Source of the DNA: Blasia pusilla
Lineage: Eukaryota
Direction: 5' to 3'
Length of the DNA stretch: 64,000 nucleotides
Assembly: GCA_050084515.1 (NCBI GenBank)
Contig: CM114271.1
Location: 2,108,001 to 2,172,000 of the forward strand
The notes under the pieces were generated by a model. It was not told where the DNA came from, made no database searches, and worked only from the letters and a program-made list of their open reading frames with translations. Of this stretch, positions 23,349 through 36,548 are shown piece by piece (within the stretch, counting starts at the first letter, position 1; each line of letters opens with the position of its first letter). The translations under genes were made by a program, and so were the position numbers.

Positions 23349-24000
23349 AAAATTTAATTAATAAATACATGACGATCAATATATAAGATTTACTCTAGGC
23401 AGATGGGATGCTTCCATTAAAGTCTTAAACTTCTTTGCGAAAAAGTGTTTAATTTTAGAACTTTCCGCTATTTCATCAGTGTGGGAAAATTAAATTGATC
23501 AGTCAATCTATATTATCATGGGAGGGTGCCATCTTGATTCGCAAACACCTTTATATTTGACAAGTGACAAGTGGACAACAAGAAAATGTTTCACATTTCA
23601 CGGGCAACTAAAAAATTTTGAATTTGTGTACAACATCATTTATCCCTTCCTTCACCTTCATGCACTTTTTGATTTCCCATACATGGCTCGAGCATCTTAC
23701 TAATCCTTCACTAAAAATGGGCAAGGGTTAAGCCATAAGTCCCAATTAAATACTTTGTGGCGAAGTAACCCAGTAGGAGGGTTCCTTGAGTTACTAAGAG
23801 TTAACATAACAGAAAAGAAGAAGGAACTACCCGTTAGGGTTGCTTGTTAGTGACTCAAGCTAGTGAAGCCCTAGCTAGCGTGCAATGTTGTGTTTTAGCC
23901 CGAGGGAATCGAGAGAGAGTTTGCGCATTGTTTTGTCGAATTGGATTTGGTGAGGGCAGATTTGGACGCCAATTCGTGCCATCAAGTACGAGCTGCGAAG

Positions 24001-26595
24001 ATGGCGGAAGCGCTGGTCGATTTGCCGCCCAAGGGAGGTTTCAGCTTCGACTTATGCCGCAGAAATGCGATGTTGGAGAAGAACGGCATTGCACTGCCTC
24101 GATTTCGGAAGACGGGTACAACGATCGTCGGTCTTGTGTACAAGGTGATGAGGGTTGAAGAAATGGATTCTTTCAGCGTTTCTTAAGAGGATCCGTAAGG
24201 ATATTCATGCCGTTTTCGTCCGGAACAGAATTGCGGGTGAAATTTGAGTTAGGGTTTGAGAGAGTGTGGAATTCGAGTTTTCCGTGCGCGAGGAGAATAT
24301 TGATATGATTTCAGGGCTAGGATTTCCTGTGGGGGAGTTGGTGGTGCGGTTACGTATCACTGCGATTGATAGGGTGAGCTGGACTGAGACCAAAATTTGA
24401 TTTGAATGTCCTTTCGTCTGTGGATGTAGGACGGGGTGATCCTGGGAGCAGATACAAGAGCTACTGAGGGTGAAATTGTATGTGACAAGAACTGTGAGAA
24501 AATTCACTACATTGCACCCAACATCTACTGTTGCGGGGCGGGTACTGCTGCAGATACCGAGAATGTGACAGGTTTCGTGCTACCATATACTCTCCCCAAT
24601 TTTCTACTTTCTTCCCTTCCGATTGAGACGCGTTCGCATACTGATCTCCTTCCCCGACTATTTTCCCACAAGGGATGGGGCCATTCGGACGTCAGTTAAT
24701 CGAGAGTCTAGACGCCGTGAATTTTTTCAGCTCGTTTGGTTTAGAATAGATGGCTCCGATCGTCGACCGTCAAATTTTAGGTTTTCCTATTGCGTGTAAG
24801 CATCATCCAAGTAGGATTAGGTCGTACAATTAGATGTCTACAGCATAATTTATCTTCCCCGGTAAGTACTGTCTGATAGCGCTGCAGGAATATCACATGA
24901 ATCACATTGTAATCTATAAACGTCCTCTCGCAGATATGGTAAGATCTCAATTAGAATTGCACCGTTATGCAACGAATCGGGACTCACGAGTGGTGACGGC
25001 TCTTACAATGCTCAAGACACACCTTTTTGGGTATTCTCATATATGCCCACAGTTTTAAGTTATAGTAACTTCTAGAATTATCATGCCATTCTTTTCTTTC
25101 GTGGGTTTGAAGCTTATTGACGTGGCTCTGCAAGGATTTTGTCCTCTTGTGGCGCAGGGATGTTCAGTAAGCATTATTATACTAGAGTTTTTGATCCACT
25201 GTGGGCATGAACGGGTTTCAGCGTTTGTTGTACGCTCTCTGCATTTTGGAATATTGTATCTCCCTCTCAACTTTTGTGGTTGCTTGAACTCAAACTAGGT
25301 ACCGAGGTCAGGTTAGTGCGGCTTTGGTTCTGGGTGGAGTTGATGTAACTGGTCCTCATCTGCACACAGTAAGCTCCTACATCTTAGTTGATTATGCATC
25401 TGAGATTATTGATTCACAACTTATGATAGGCTATGATGGAGGTTAGATTGTGATGTTCCCTGTAATTGCACCTTAGAAAATTCCTACCTGAGGGTTCAGA
25501 CGGTTGGAATAAGGTTTGGAAATCTCATTTTATGGCGAATTTTTTTCCCTCTGCAGGTTTACCCTCATGGATCTACGGATACCTTACCTTTTGCCACCAT
25601 GGGGTCTGGGTCACTTGCGGCTATGTCTGTCTTCGAATCTAGATACAAAGAGGATATGACTGTATGTTCCTTAACTTGCAACGTTTTGAAAGTTGCTTAG
25701 AACTTACAGGTGTCTTTTTCAAGGAACTTTTAATTGTGGTGGATCCTACTTCCTCAAATCTATATTGTTACTCACAATGCAGAAAGAAGAGGGGATGGAA
25801 TTGGTTGCTGCTGCAATTTGTGCTGGAATATTCAATGATCTTGGAAGTGGCAGTAATGTTGATCTGTGCATTCTGACCAAGGTATTCCCTCATCTGAACT
25901 TTAAAGCAATGGAACTAGTGTGTTTTGAAGTACCCTGGATTCTGTTACCTTGACACATCCATGGGAATCTAATGGTGACTTGTAAGGTTTGGGACAGTTG
26001 TAGGTTCTTGTTATATGGACTTTTTGTTTAGTGATCAAAGCAAAGGCCTTGGGAATTAAATACAATCTTGGACCTTTTTACAGGGTCAGAAAAAAGCTGA
26101 ATATCTAAGGAACTACCAAAAGCCCAATCCACGTAGTTATGTACGCTCGAAAGGTTATGATTTTGCCAAGGGTCATACAGGTACTTTCTTTCTTTACACC
26201 TTGTTCTGTTTGCCTGTTAGGAGCCCATGGGGGCAGTTTTTCTGGGTTATGTGGGTCATATGAGAGCTATGTGGGTCATAAGTGGAGGATATGAGAGCTA
26301 TGTGGGTCATTGCAATTCAAAGGCCTTGCCCGACGTCAGTTATTCATATATGAGTTTTGGATGCTGTTGGCTCCTCAGGATAGAAATCTAGGCCTGCAAG
26401 GCATGGGTAGGGACTGATAGGGTCATAGGTTCTTATAGGGAGGGTCATGTCAATTGACTCTTATCTGAGTAACTGGTTTGGGGCATCTGAACTGATCAAG
26501 TCGGTGGATTCTGTTTTGCAGCGGTTCTTTCAACAAAGATCACCCCGCTTAAAGATCATGTAACCATTATTGAAGGCGAAGCAATGGAGGAGTAG
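24001..26595 (+). CDS. PBB: 20S proteasome subunit beta type-7 (beta-2)
   Basis: Eight GT-AG exons: 24001-24144, 24430-24571, 24934-25030, 25299-25368, 25557-25661, 25783-25881, 26084-26180, 26522-26595. Motifs KTG|TTIVG (catalytic Thr1), [27 protein letters not shown] and [12 protein letters not shown]. Confidence 0.97.
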
Positions 26596-29500
26596 CAACT
26601 TAGTTTACTTGCGGTTTTATTGTTATTCCAAGGTCCATTTTCCCTGTAGATACACCACAGATGTACATTCATTACTTCTCAGTGAAGTCTGAACTTTGAA
26701 ATCGCTTGTAAATCTGGGCCTCACTATCTTGAGAGATTTGCAGGTCGCAATGCCTTACTGTTATCAACCATCTTCTCAGATGACAAAGAGGCCTGTGCTT
26801 TCAAGGATCAAGGGTTGTAATAAGAAAGTCTGTGGTGAACACATGAGCATGGAATATATGAGAAATTACTGCACACAAACCCATTACTAGGGCTAAGTTC
26901 AACCCTCTGTGTGCCCTTTTCCCCCAATCTCAAAGTACAGTCGGAAGCAGTGCAGTGAACAGGTGAAAACTCCATGCACAATACCACTTCTTGAATTGCC
27001 CTAATAGCTGTGAAAGCAGTGGTTCTCCAACTCAGAGTTGGGGAAGCATGGATCAAATCTTGCAATTTCTTCCATGGGATTTCATTCTTGACTTAAGCTT
27101 ACAGAGAGTAGAAAGTAGTCTATTTCCTACTGATGCCGAGTTGATGGTGATTTATGTGCAAATGTGGACAACTAGTCGAGTCAGAGAGCGTGTTTGTGAA
27201 CATGGAAAAATAAACTTACTCTATCAAGTCTCAGACGCATCAAAGTTTAGGGTTGAGAGATGCAAATCAAATCCACTCTATTGCTGAAATTTTGATGGTA
27301 ACACATTACTCTCTAAAGGATTTGAGAGTAAGTTGCAAGATATAAAGGACTTGAGATATGCGAATGAAATTCTGTCCTTTCATTCATGTAAGGACGTTTC
27401 CTTTTAAAGTATATTATCTCTATGGGACTAGGCAATGTGAGTAATTGTATTGCCCTCGCTTTCAATCTAATCCTATTAATTATAACCTCAAAGAGTAGCC
27501 CCAACTCTTCCATGCCCATCCAAAGACATATTGGGGGGGGGGCACATTCCCAAGGTTGATTGAACCTACTTTTTCTTATTGTTCATTGTGATCTTCACAC
27601 CTGGCTTTTTGTTTTTGGTTTTTAATTATTTCTAAATTAAGAATCCTAAATAGATATGGAGTTCTCTCTTCTATCTTACAGTATCGTAGATTAGTGTCAT
27701 ACATTTTCTCATTCCCTGGTTGCTTCATTTTTATCATGTACAAGTGGGCAGTGTGTGCCTTGCATGGGAGTGAAATGATTAATCATATTTACACAATTTT
27801 TGTGTTTTTGTTTATAATGGAGAATATTTTCTTGTAATCCGGTTGTCACATGTCGAACAAAGAGGTGTTTACAAATCAAGAAGGCATTCTCCAATAATAA
27901 TATAGATTAGGAGGGCGTCGCATCAGTTCCTAAAAAACTTAGTCTTAAACCTAACTCCTAACCTTAGATGACCATCTCCCCACATCTCCACATCATAACA
28001 TCCTTCATATGTCAACCAAGGGTGCCTTGGTTGACATGGGGGATGTTAACCAAGGAATATGTTCTTATTCTATCATTTACACATCTATTGGGTGGGAGAA
28101 AAATTAACGTAGGGTTAACTTAATCCTAATTCAGTGATTTAATAAAAGTTTATGATGTAGCACTTGTTATCAAGTAGGAGACTATTGTGTAGTTGGATTA
28201 AGTTCCTTTGTGATGGAGTAGGACATCATTAAATAATTCACCCTAGTAACCCACGTTTGGCTCACCTCGAGCTAAACCAAGGATGTACAATTGCAAGGCT
28301 TATTACATATAATTTGTCAAGTTTGGGTCTTAGGGTTTAGGGTCTTCCTATTCTTAGTCCTTGTATAGTGTAAGGGAAACTCTTACACATTGACTTGTGC
28401 ATACTAAAGAAATTGATAGTATGAAAAGAAAAAATGTTATGTTGGATATGGGATGCTAAAGAAACAATATTGGGTAACAAAGATTTCCAATGGATATTAT
28501 AGAGAAGAAAACGTTCCTAATATATAAATTTGAGCAAGGTTGATTATGAAGCTTGATATGTGCAACTACTAGAGATCAAGGTGGGTAGAATTATGTCATT
28601 TTTTCATTAGAAACTATCATGTTCTAAATTACATTTAGAAAATGGAATAGAAAATATAATGAAGTGTAAATGTAAACTCTACTGCCATTATGATAATATT
28701 ACCGTCATTACGAGGAAAATCTGATGTAGAATTTTTCATCAGAATTTGTTTCTTAAAATTACGTTCGTAGGAAATTCAACCTTCCATGTTTAAAATTTGG
28801 ATCTATGCTAAAATTTTGAAACTCAACATTAAAAAAATCGACATAAATATTTTGATAGATTTGAGTGAATTAAATTCTACCAGTGTACAATGTATGATGC
28901 CCACAACTTCATTTTTTTTATTATGGGGCGAGTTCATGCTAGAAGTTCATGATAGAAGATGCCATTGCTAGAGGTATTTTTGAGTTTGATCACATTTTTC
29001 AAACTTTCAATGATATCATTTTATGCCGGTGAATTTAGGTTTTAAAAGTTCCTTTTTCCTTTGACTATGGGCATGTGTGTCCTAAGGATTCCACAACTCT
29101 ATTAATACCCTACTTATACTTGCCTATCTTGTTATATGTATGACATATATTTGTCTCAACTCAAGAAGGGCTAGGTCCAAATCCCATGGATGTCCGCTCA
29201 TTTCACGGCAACCTAAATCCATCGAGATAAGATAATTTTCTAATGGTTAATCGAAAAAATTCCAATGGATCATTTTCTTGTACAAAAGATGTTGAACATT
29301 TTATGCACCTAAAGTATTGGACACAAATATTACACAACCCCATGGGAAAAAGGACACTACTATTACAGATTCTAATCTATGTTACTATTGCATAGTATCC
29401 CTTCAACTTTTAAACGTGTAGAAACTTAAGTCAATTATGTCTTGACACATGTCCTTAATTTAGGGTCAATTTAAGAGCATAGAGTCCACTTCAAAATTGG

Positions 29501-31036
29501 TTAAACTATTATGTGCAAGTGCATCCATAAGTTCCCCTTTTTTCTCTAAATTAATTAGATAAAACAAATTTATATTATTATTGGAGAGTGCCCTTTCATT
29601 TTGCAAACTCCTCTCTTCTTGACACTTGGCATTTTCAAACTATGGGATTGCTCAAAATTGATTTCGAATGGCACTTACAAAATCATAATAGGTACTATAG
29701 GAAGTAATATAAACCCATGCATTGCTGACTCATACTAGTATAACAATAAAGAAAAGGGTTATTGCCATTCGGGTCGACTTTGGAAATCCCTAAAATACGG
29801 ATCTAAATTGATTTACTTGAATTACCCATTATTACTAACTAGTTGTGGCCATGCTGTTCACACGAGATCTTCAAATTTTAAAAAGCCTCATGTTTTCATT
29901 TCCTTTCCTCGTTTAATTTAATTTCTAGTATGTTGCCTTCAATTTAATTAACTTTAAATAGTAGGGCTTTAAGAGGACAAGTGTCAACCATAGAAGGACC
30001 TTAAAAATACAGGTGTTTAACCTGAAGGAGGTTTCTTCTAACCCCATCCTCTTTTAATTGAATTTTTTTCCCTTAATTTAATTATTATCTTTAAATGACA
30101 CCTAAATAAAAGGACCTTGAAAAGACATCTACATAATTAAAATAGGACAAGATTTGAGGAAAAACTCCTCGAGGGTTGACACCTCTCCTCTAAGGGCTCC
30201 TATGGTGTCGACATGTCATTTTGAAAGAGGGAGTTGAATTAAGGAAGGTAACAAAGATAATTAAGTATAATTTGTGCATAGCATGGGCACCAGTTAGTAT
30301 GTCAATAATAGAGGGATCTTAAAAATTTATTTAACCCCATTCTCCTTACGACCTCTACAAGTGCTCGTTGTTCTTTTTGTGGCCATCTAGACTATCCAAG
30401 TGTTTTATGCACTTATGGGTTAGTTAGAGTAGGTCCCCATGAAGCAATTCCATGGTTCCACGATCCTTTGGATGTACGATGTACGATTATCATTTCACAG
30501 ACCCAAGGTGGATCTTTGGTCCTTGTGTAGCCTAAAATTTATGGCGCAGAATCCTTCTATAGCACGCTTTGAACGGCTATAGAAGGAATATAGCCGATCA
30601 TCTTTTTCAATCCCATCATAACCAAACGGCCGATACCGGTAGAGTACACCTATAACATTGGATGAAATTATAGGACCGTCGGCCTAGTTCGGCCGCGGAC
30701 TCCAAGGAGATGGGATCTTACTCTCTTCCCCACCTGTCGTAAGGCCGCACACTCGTTTACTTATTAAAAGAGGATAGATTATTATTATTTTACTTATATT
30801 ATTATTACTATTACTATTACTAATAAGGTGCTTGTGCGATACACAGAAAATGAAAAAGTGTTTAAAGAGCTTTTGTTGGTGTATAGCTTGTGAAGGGAAG
30901 GAATTAATGATCCTCCACATAAATTTAAACTTTGTTGTTTAGTTATCACATGTCAAACATAGAGGTGTTTGCAAATCAAGAAGGTACTCTCCAATAATAA
31001 TATAGATTGTCCCACTATGTTGTCCTATTATGCATA

Positions 31037-31257
31037 CTAGTTAGGTGCCAGTCCGATGCACGGGAAATAAAAAAGTGTTTGAAGTGCTAGTGTATATCTT
31101 ATGAAGGGAAGAGATTAATGATACTGCACATAAATTCAAATTTTTTTTCTTACTGACCATAGCATGTGAAACATTTTCTTGCTGCCTAATTGCCATGTGT
31201 CAAGTAGAGAGATGTTTGCAAATAAAAAAGACACTCTCCCATAATAATATATATAGA
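31037..31257 (-). mobile_element. Non-autonomous Helitron (related partial copies at ~27690-27906, 30830-31006 and a + strand 3' end at 31425-31457)
   Basis: A|TCTATATATATTATT..GGAGAG start and CCCGTGCATCGGACTGGCACCTAACTAG|T end on the - strand. Confidence 0.7.
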
Positions 31258-31867
31258 TAAGATGCCCGTACTATGGAAAGGAAATAAAAAAATGTTTGAA
31301 GAATTAATGTATAGCCCGTGAAGGAAAGAGATAATGATATTTCACATAAATTCAAAGTTCTTTTCCATAATATGAAACATTTTCCCCTAGTTACCATGTG
31401 TTAAATGGGTGTTTAAACTAACCGGTGTCCGTGCTATGCGGGGGTCTTTTCTACTAGTCTCACTAAGTTGGAACTAGGGTTTGCCATTTGCACAAGGTGT
31501 CAAAGGCTTTCAAACTATCATATATGTAGTTGAACCTATCATGTACCACAACAATGAACAACAGAGGTCACAAATCAAGGTTTGTCACACATCTACAACA
31601 ATAGTGATCCGTCGATACCCAGAGAGCGCGAAGCCTCTGTTGTAGTGCTGGACAACCTTTTGTAGTCATACATAACATCAAATATTTTTACTCATTCCAA
31701 CTTCAAGACTTAATACATTTCATTACAACCCAACCAAAACATCTATTCAATATTAGTTACAGTTTTGAGTCTGAAATTGCAATAAAGCAAAAAACATGAA
31801 AACAAGACTACGGTCCCATTGTGATTGCCTCTATGGACCTACAAAATATATCTGTCTTGTTCATAAA

Positions 31868-32481
31868 TTAAATCCAAGAGATATGATGATAATTTGCACT
31901 GCCTAGTGTGGGGACAATTGGATGATCAAGGCAATAGATCATGAATCTGGTCTCATTATGTGCAACATGACGGCAAGATTCTCTACCATGTGCAAAACCT
32001 TCTTCCTTGCTCGCTACTAGGCAACCCGGATGCCATGCCTTGGGACATCTCAAACATTGGATGGCATTTGCCAGATGCTTGTCACAATGCAACATGTTGC
32101 ATGCCACACGTGTATGAAGGGAGCAAGACTGCACATCAAGTGGCAAGCATCCATGATAAAAGAAGCGAACACAGAAAGGTTAGGGGCACTCTCTGATTTA
32201 GTTTGAATGGAAGCCATTGTGCCACACTTAAAACATTTGTATATCCCCGAGGTACACTCAGGACAATACCAAGGGTCGCACACCTTGTCCTCTGGAATGA
32301 CCACGGCACGGCAATGAGACACCGTATGGCCAACTTTGTGACCATGGTGAAATTTTCGATGGCAAGGCCCATCACAAATCACTAGATCTCCATGGAAATC
32401 GCAAATAGCACACAAATGGGGACTGAATTGTCGCAACTCAATGTCTGAGAACAAGGGGATTTGTAGCAACCTCTTGCTCAT
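31868..32481 (-). pseudogene. EDM2-like tandem PHD-finger module, frameshifted/internally shortened
   Basis: CAICDFHGDLVICDGPCHRKFH..WYCPEC..KCFKCG, then in another frame CSLH..CLRCPKAWHPGCL..FMIYCLDHPIVPTLG..HI. This matches the EDM2/NSD-type PHD pattern and its IYC..H.I...LG...HI tail. Confidence 0.65.
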
Positions 32482-33592
32482 GTTCTTCCTAGTGTGTGGA
32501 TTATTTTTGGCTTGCCGCTTGTACCTTATCGTTATGGCTATTGGACATTGAATTAGTTATAACAATATAGAGGATATAGGCATGTACAATTTTAGACAAA
32601 ATAAATGACTTAAAAATCATTTGCCCAGATCTTAGACAAATATCTACTTTCGAGAAACTAAACTAGTCGACAACATAACTCATGGCAAATATTTAAAAAT
32701 TTATGATATTTTAATACCTTGATCAGGTCTTCATTGGGGTCACACCAATTGTACCCTTGAAAGAGATCAGACTTAATATAGAAACAGGTGAGTGGTCGGC
32801 CCTATCTAGTTACCAAAGTTACCATCACACCCATCTTGGAATCTAATCAGAGTAAATGGTTGATTAGCTGAGGCTAGGCTAGTGCAAGTCTGGTCCTCCA
32901 TTCTACAGTAATATTCCCTTCCCAGATTGAATCGAACGTAAGAGTTCCTTTAATGAGACAGGGAAGTGTTTCTCACATATCTTCTACGAGAAGCGAAGGA
33001 ATTTAGAGAGATCTAGCAATCGGGTTGCATTTGGCACTTTCAAACTCTATTTCTTACCATTCCCCGGGTACTCAACATGGATAAGTTTAGAGAGAAGAAC
33101 AAGGGAAGAAGATACCAGATCAGAGGAGGAAGACTCTCATAAAGAGCGGTTGCTGACTATAGAGGATATTAGAGCAAAGCTTCCAAGCATCAAGCAAGAA
33201 GCTCTTTGCAACACTACTTAGCTCAGCTGATTGATATCCCCCAACATATGTTCAAGCGATGAACAATTTTGGTGTGTTTAGCTTAGTAATTTCAGCATAG
33301 GCGTTTGCGTTCAGGTTACTCAACAAGACAAGAAAGGTGACATGTGGTTGTATGAGAATCAAATTCCTCTTCTATAAGTATGCAGGGTCTTAATATAAGG
33401 ATTCACAAGTAGTAGTCCAGGCGGCGTTGGCGATGGTGCTGCCCCACATCCGCGACGATTCCTCCAAGAAGTCCGCGGAGAAGAGAGTAAGCGACACTAG
33501 CTTCCACAATAGCCAGCACATGCTGGAATGCTTGTATAGCGTGGTCTCCCTATAGAGAGGAATTCATAAGAATGATGAGAAAGGCGCATCTC

Positions 33593-33780
<188 letters not shown>

Positions 33781-35040
33781 ACTGGAAAAATTGGAGAGGT
33801 TCGTCGCTCCAAAACAAGAGCAACGATTTCTCTGGCCTGCGAGTTTATTGAATGGAGAAAAAAGCTTGTCCACCACCAGCAAAGTGTTGATAACCATTCG
33901 CGAGCGCGCACGATAAATTCAATAAACTATAGCGCGCATCTTGAAATGTTCAGAAGTTGTAAGACCGAGATGAGTTGCAAATAGATTCAAATGAATAGTT
34001 CGAATGAAAGAAAAAAACACTAAGCAAAAAAAGTGGAGAGATAGGAAAACTGCGTACCAAATTTTGATACGAATACGAGCCTACTACAACGCATGCAACC
34101 TGCTTGTTGCGCTTGCTCAATCTTTGATTGGTGGCTAAGCTCGATGGTAGTCTTCAACCCTAAACCTCGGAATAAGGGGGAAACCAAAGGGGAAACCAAA
34201 CGCGGGAAAAGTGAGGAATATCTCATAGAATTGCAAATGATTTTTTTTTATCTAAGGAACCTAATTTATATTATATTAAGTTTTCAATATATATAGGTTT
34301 GAAAAGTATAGCATTGAATAAATGAAAAGTGGAAAAATCTTATGCAAACACATGTTAGATGTATTTTGCGAGTATAATCCCTATCTTATTTTAACATCTT
34401 CCATGGAAGGAGGACTAAAAAAAAGGACCATGTTGTTCTTTTAAGAGCGCCATGGAATAAATTGATGCCTATTGTTCTTCCACAAAACTTAATAAGTCTT
34501 CTGATGGATGCAATTAAAAAACCGCTTACTTTGTCGCACGTGATGGGGTATTTTTGTGGAAGTGAGACCCCCCGAGTTTTCGGTGGGTCTCCATCACTAT
34601 GAGGTTGTCTAATCCTATTCCGTATTCCATGTTAAAAAGTAAGTTAGAAATAAGATCTCTATCGAAATACTTCCTTTGCAAAATTTCCCCACGTTCAATA
34701 GTAGAAGTTAGGTCTTCAACTTACAAAAGCCAACCGAGAAGTCCTTGTCCTACTATTGTTGGGTTGTAAGGAGTTTTGGGATGTTGCTCTTCATTGGCGC
34801 TCATAAACTTCAAGCATTCAACGTGCCCCCTTAGAAATACTGCATGAGAATTTGAAATGTAACCCTACCATAGAAATTGCTTACATTTCTTGAATCTTGA
34901 AGTGATGGCAATTAAGTATCCTATCTGGATAAATGGGGATGGAAAATGGATCATGGAATGGTAGGCACCTTTCCTTTGGAAAAATGAATTGGGAAACTTG
35001 GTCTCCTCTACCACCTTGTCTCTCCCATTGCATCAAGAAG

Positions 35041-36440
35041 TGTGGTGAACTTTGAAATCAAACGAAATAGCCCTTTCACAATTTCAAATCCGAGAAAATC
35101 CTCTATGCATCAGATTGTAGACGAACAAAGAGCTCAAAACTCTCGTATAAATATGAGAATGCAACAAAGTCATGAAAGCTTTGTAGACATCTACATGACG
35201 GATGTTGTCGTACGCCTACTCTCCTTGAACATAAGTCTTTAGTGTTGCGGAAGCATGCGTTAAGTAGGACACGCTCCCAATACTGATCTGCACTCAAACA
35301 CCCACTCACGTTAGTTGGGTCTGGGTCAATCAACGTTCTAACTTTTTGAGTTATCGACTCGGCCTCTCATCAAGCTCAACCTTCCTAGTTTCACTATTTA
35401 CAACATAGGCAAGTCTCTCAAGACTTGGGACAGAGTTTCTGGTCGGTTCAGGAACCTCAAATGACGTTTGCACGTTTGGAGGTCCCAATTGTCCAATGGA
35501 CATCCAATGAGTCCCTAACTGTGACTCACGAAAATGAGCCGTGGGTTGGAATCCAAGTTTGGCATAAGAAATCCACTCCCTTGGATCAAGTTTGGGTTTC
35601 AAGTTCCAACGCCAAACGTTCAATGGTTTACGTTCGATCCAGGTTTTTTGGTCGCAACCATAAATACATGAAACGTATAAAATCTATTGCACCTTTCAAA
35701 AGTCAATAGAATTCAACGGTTTGGAGTGGAGAGGAGCAAAATTTGAATGCTTGGACATCGTTCATCAAGATCTAGTGGACATGAATGAGGAAAGCTTGAG
35801 GATCCTATATAAAGGAAGGGTTGGACATGTCATTTGCTCACATTTTCTTGATACTATCCTTACCTTTTGTGGAAAGGCTTATTCCTTATTATGAGATTAT
35901 ATTGTATTCAACAGGTCCATCACTACGTGTCTAAGCTTATGGGGTTTTGTTGGAGACGCCATTGCTAGAGGATCCCATTTTGAGATTATGTTGTAGTTAA
36001 CATATCTACATCATTATGAGCATGTCATGTTTAAGGCAATAGGTCTTTCTGGGGGACGCCAATGCTAGAGGCTCCCATGTTGCTTTCATATCATAGTAAG
36101 CGGGTCTCTATTATTATGAAAGTGGATATTGCCTTGTGAATGACCCCAAACCTCTCACTAAGAGAGTGAATTGGGTTTTGTATAAGAGAGAGCTTAATGA
36201 TGTGAGACTGTTGATGTACTTCAGATTTATTGGAGACTTTTTGGTATATAAGCATGTGTGCGTTTGTTTTCCATTTTTAAGTTGGTTTCCTTCTTGTTGA
36301 CCTAACATGAACAACTATATGATTTCTAAGTAGCTAGACCTACACTAGTAGTAATATAGTTGGATAGACTTGTTGAGCTTACACGGGTAGCAAAATGTTT
36401 TGGGAGGCGGGGGGGGGGGGGGAATTTGAGGATATAATCA
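35041..36440 (+). mobile_element. Possible solo LTR related to the gypsy LTR at 13532-14350
   Basis: 36130-36270 resembles 14035-14180. It has TG...CA ends and an internal TATATAAA, but no TSD was found. Confidence 0.35.
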
Positions 36441-36548
36441 TGATGCCATCAAATAAAAAAAATAAAATTCTTGGTGCCCCAGTACCATTTTTCAAGCATA
36501 GAGATTTGTAAATCAAGAGCTATATTCCCTTACTAGTATAGATGATTA

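Noticed and set aside
34300-35040. Possible decayed coding sequence
   Set aside because: No frame gave a recognisable motif.
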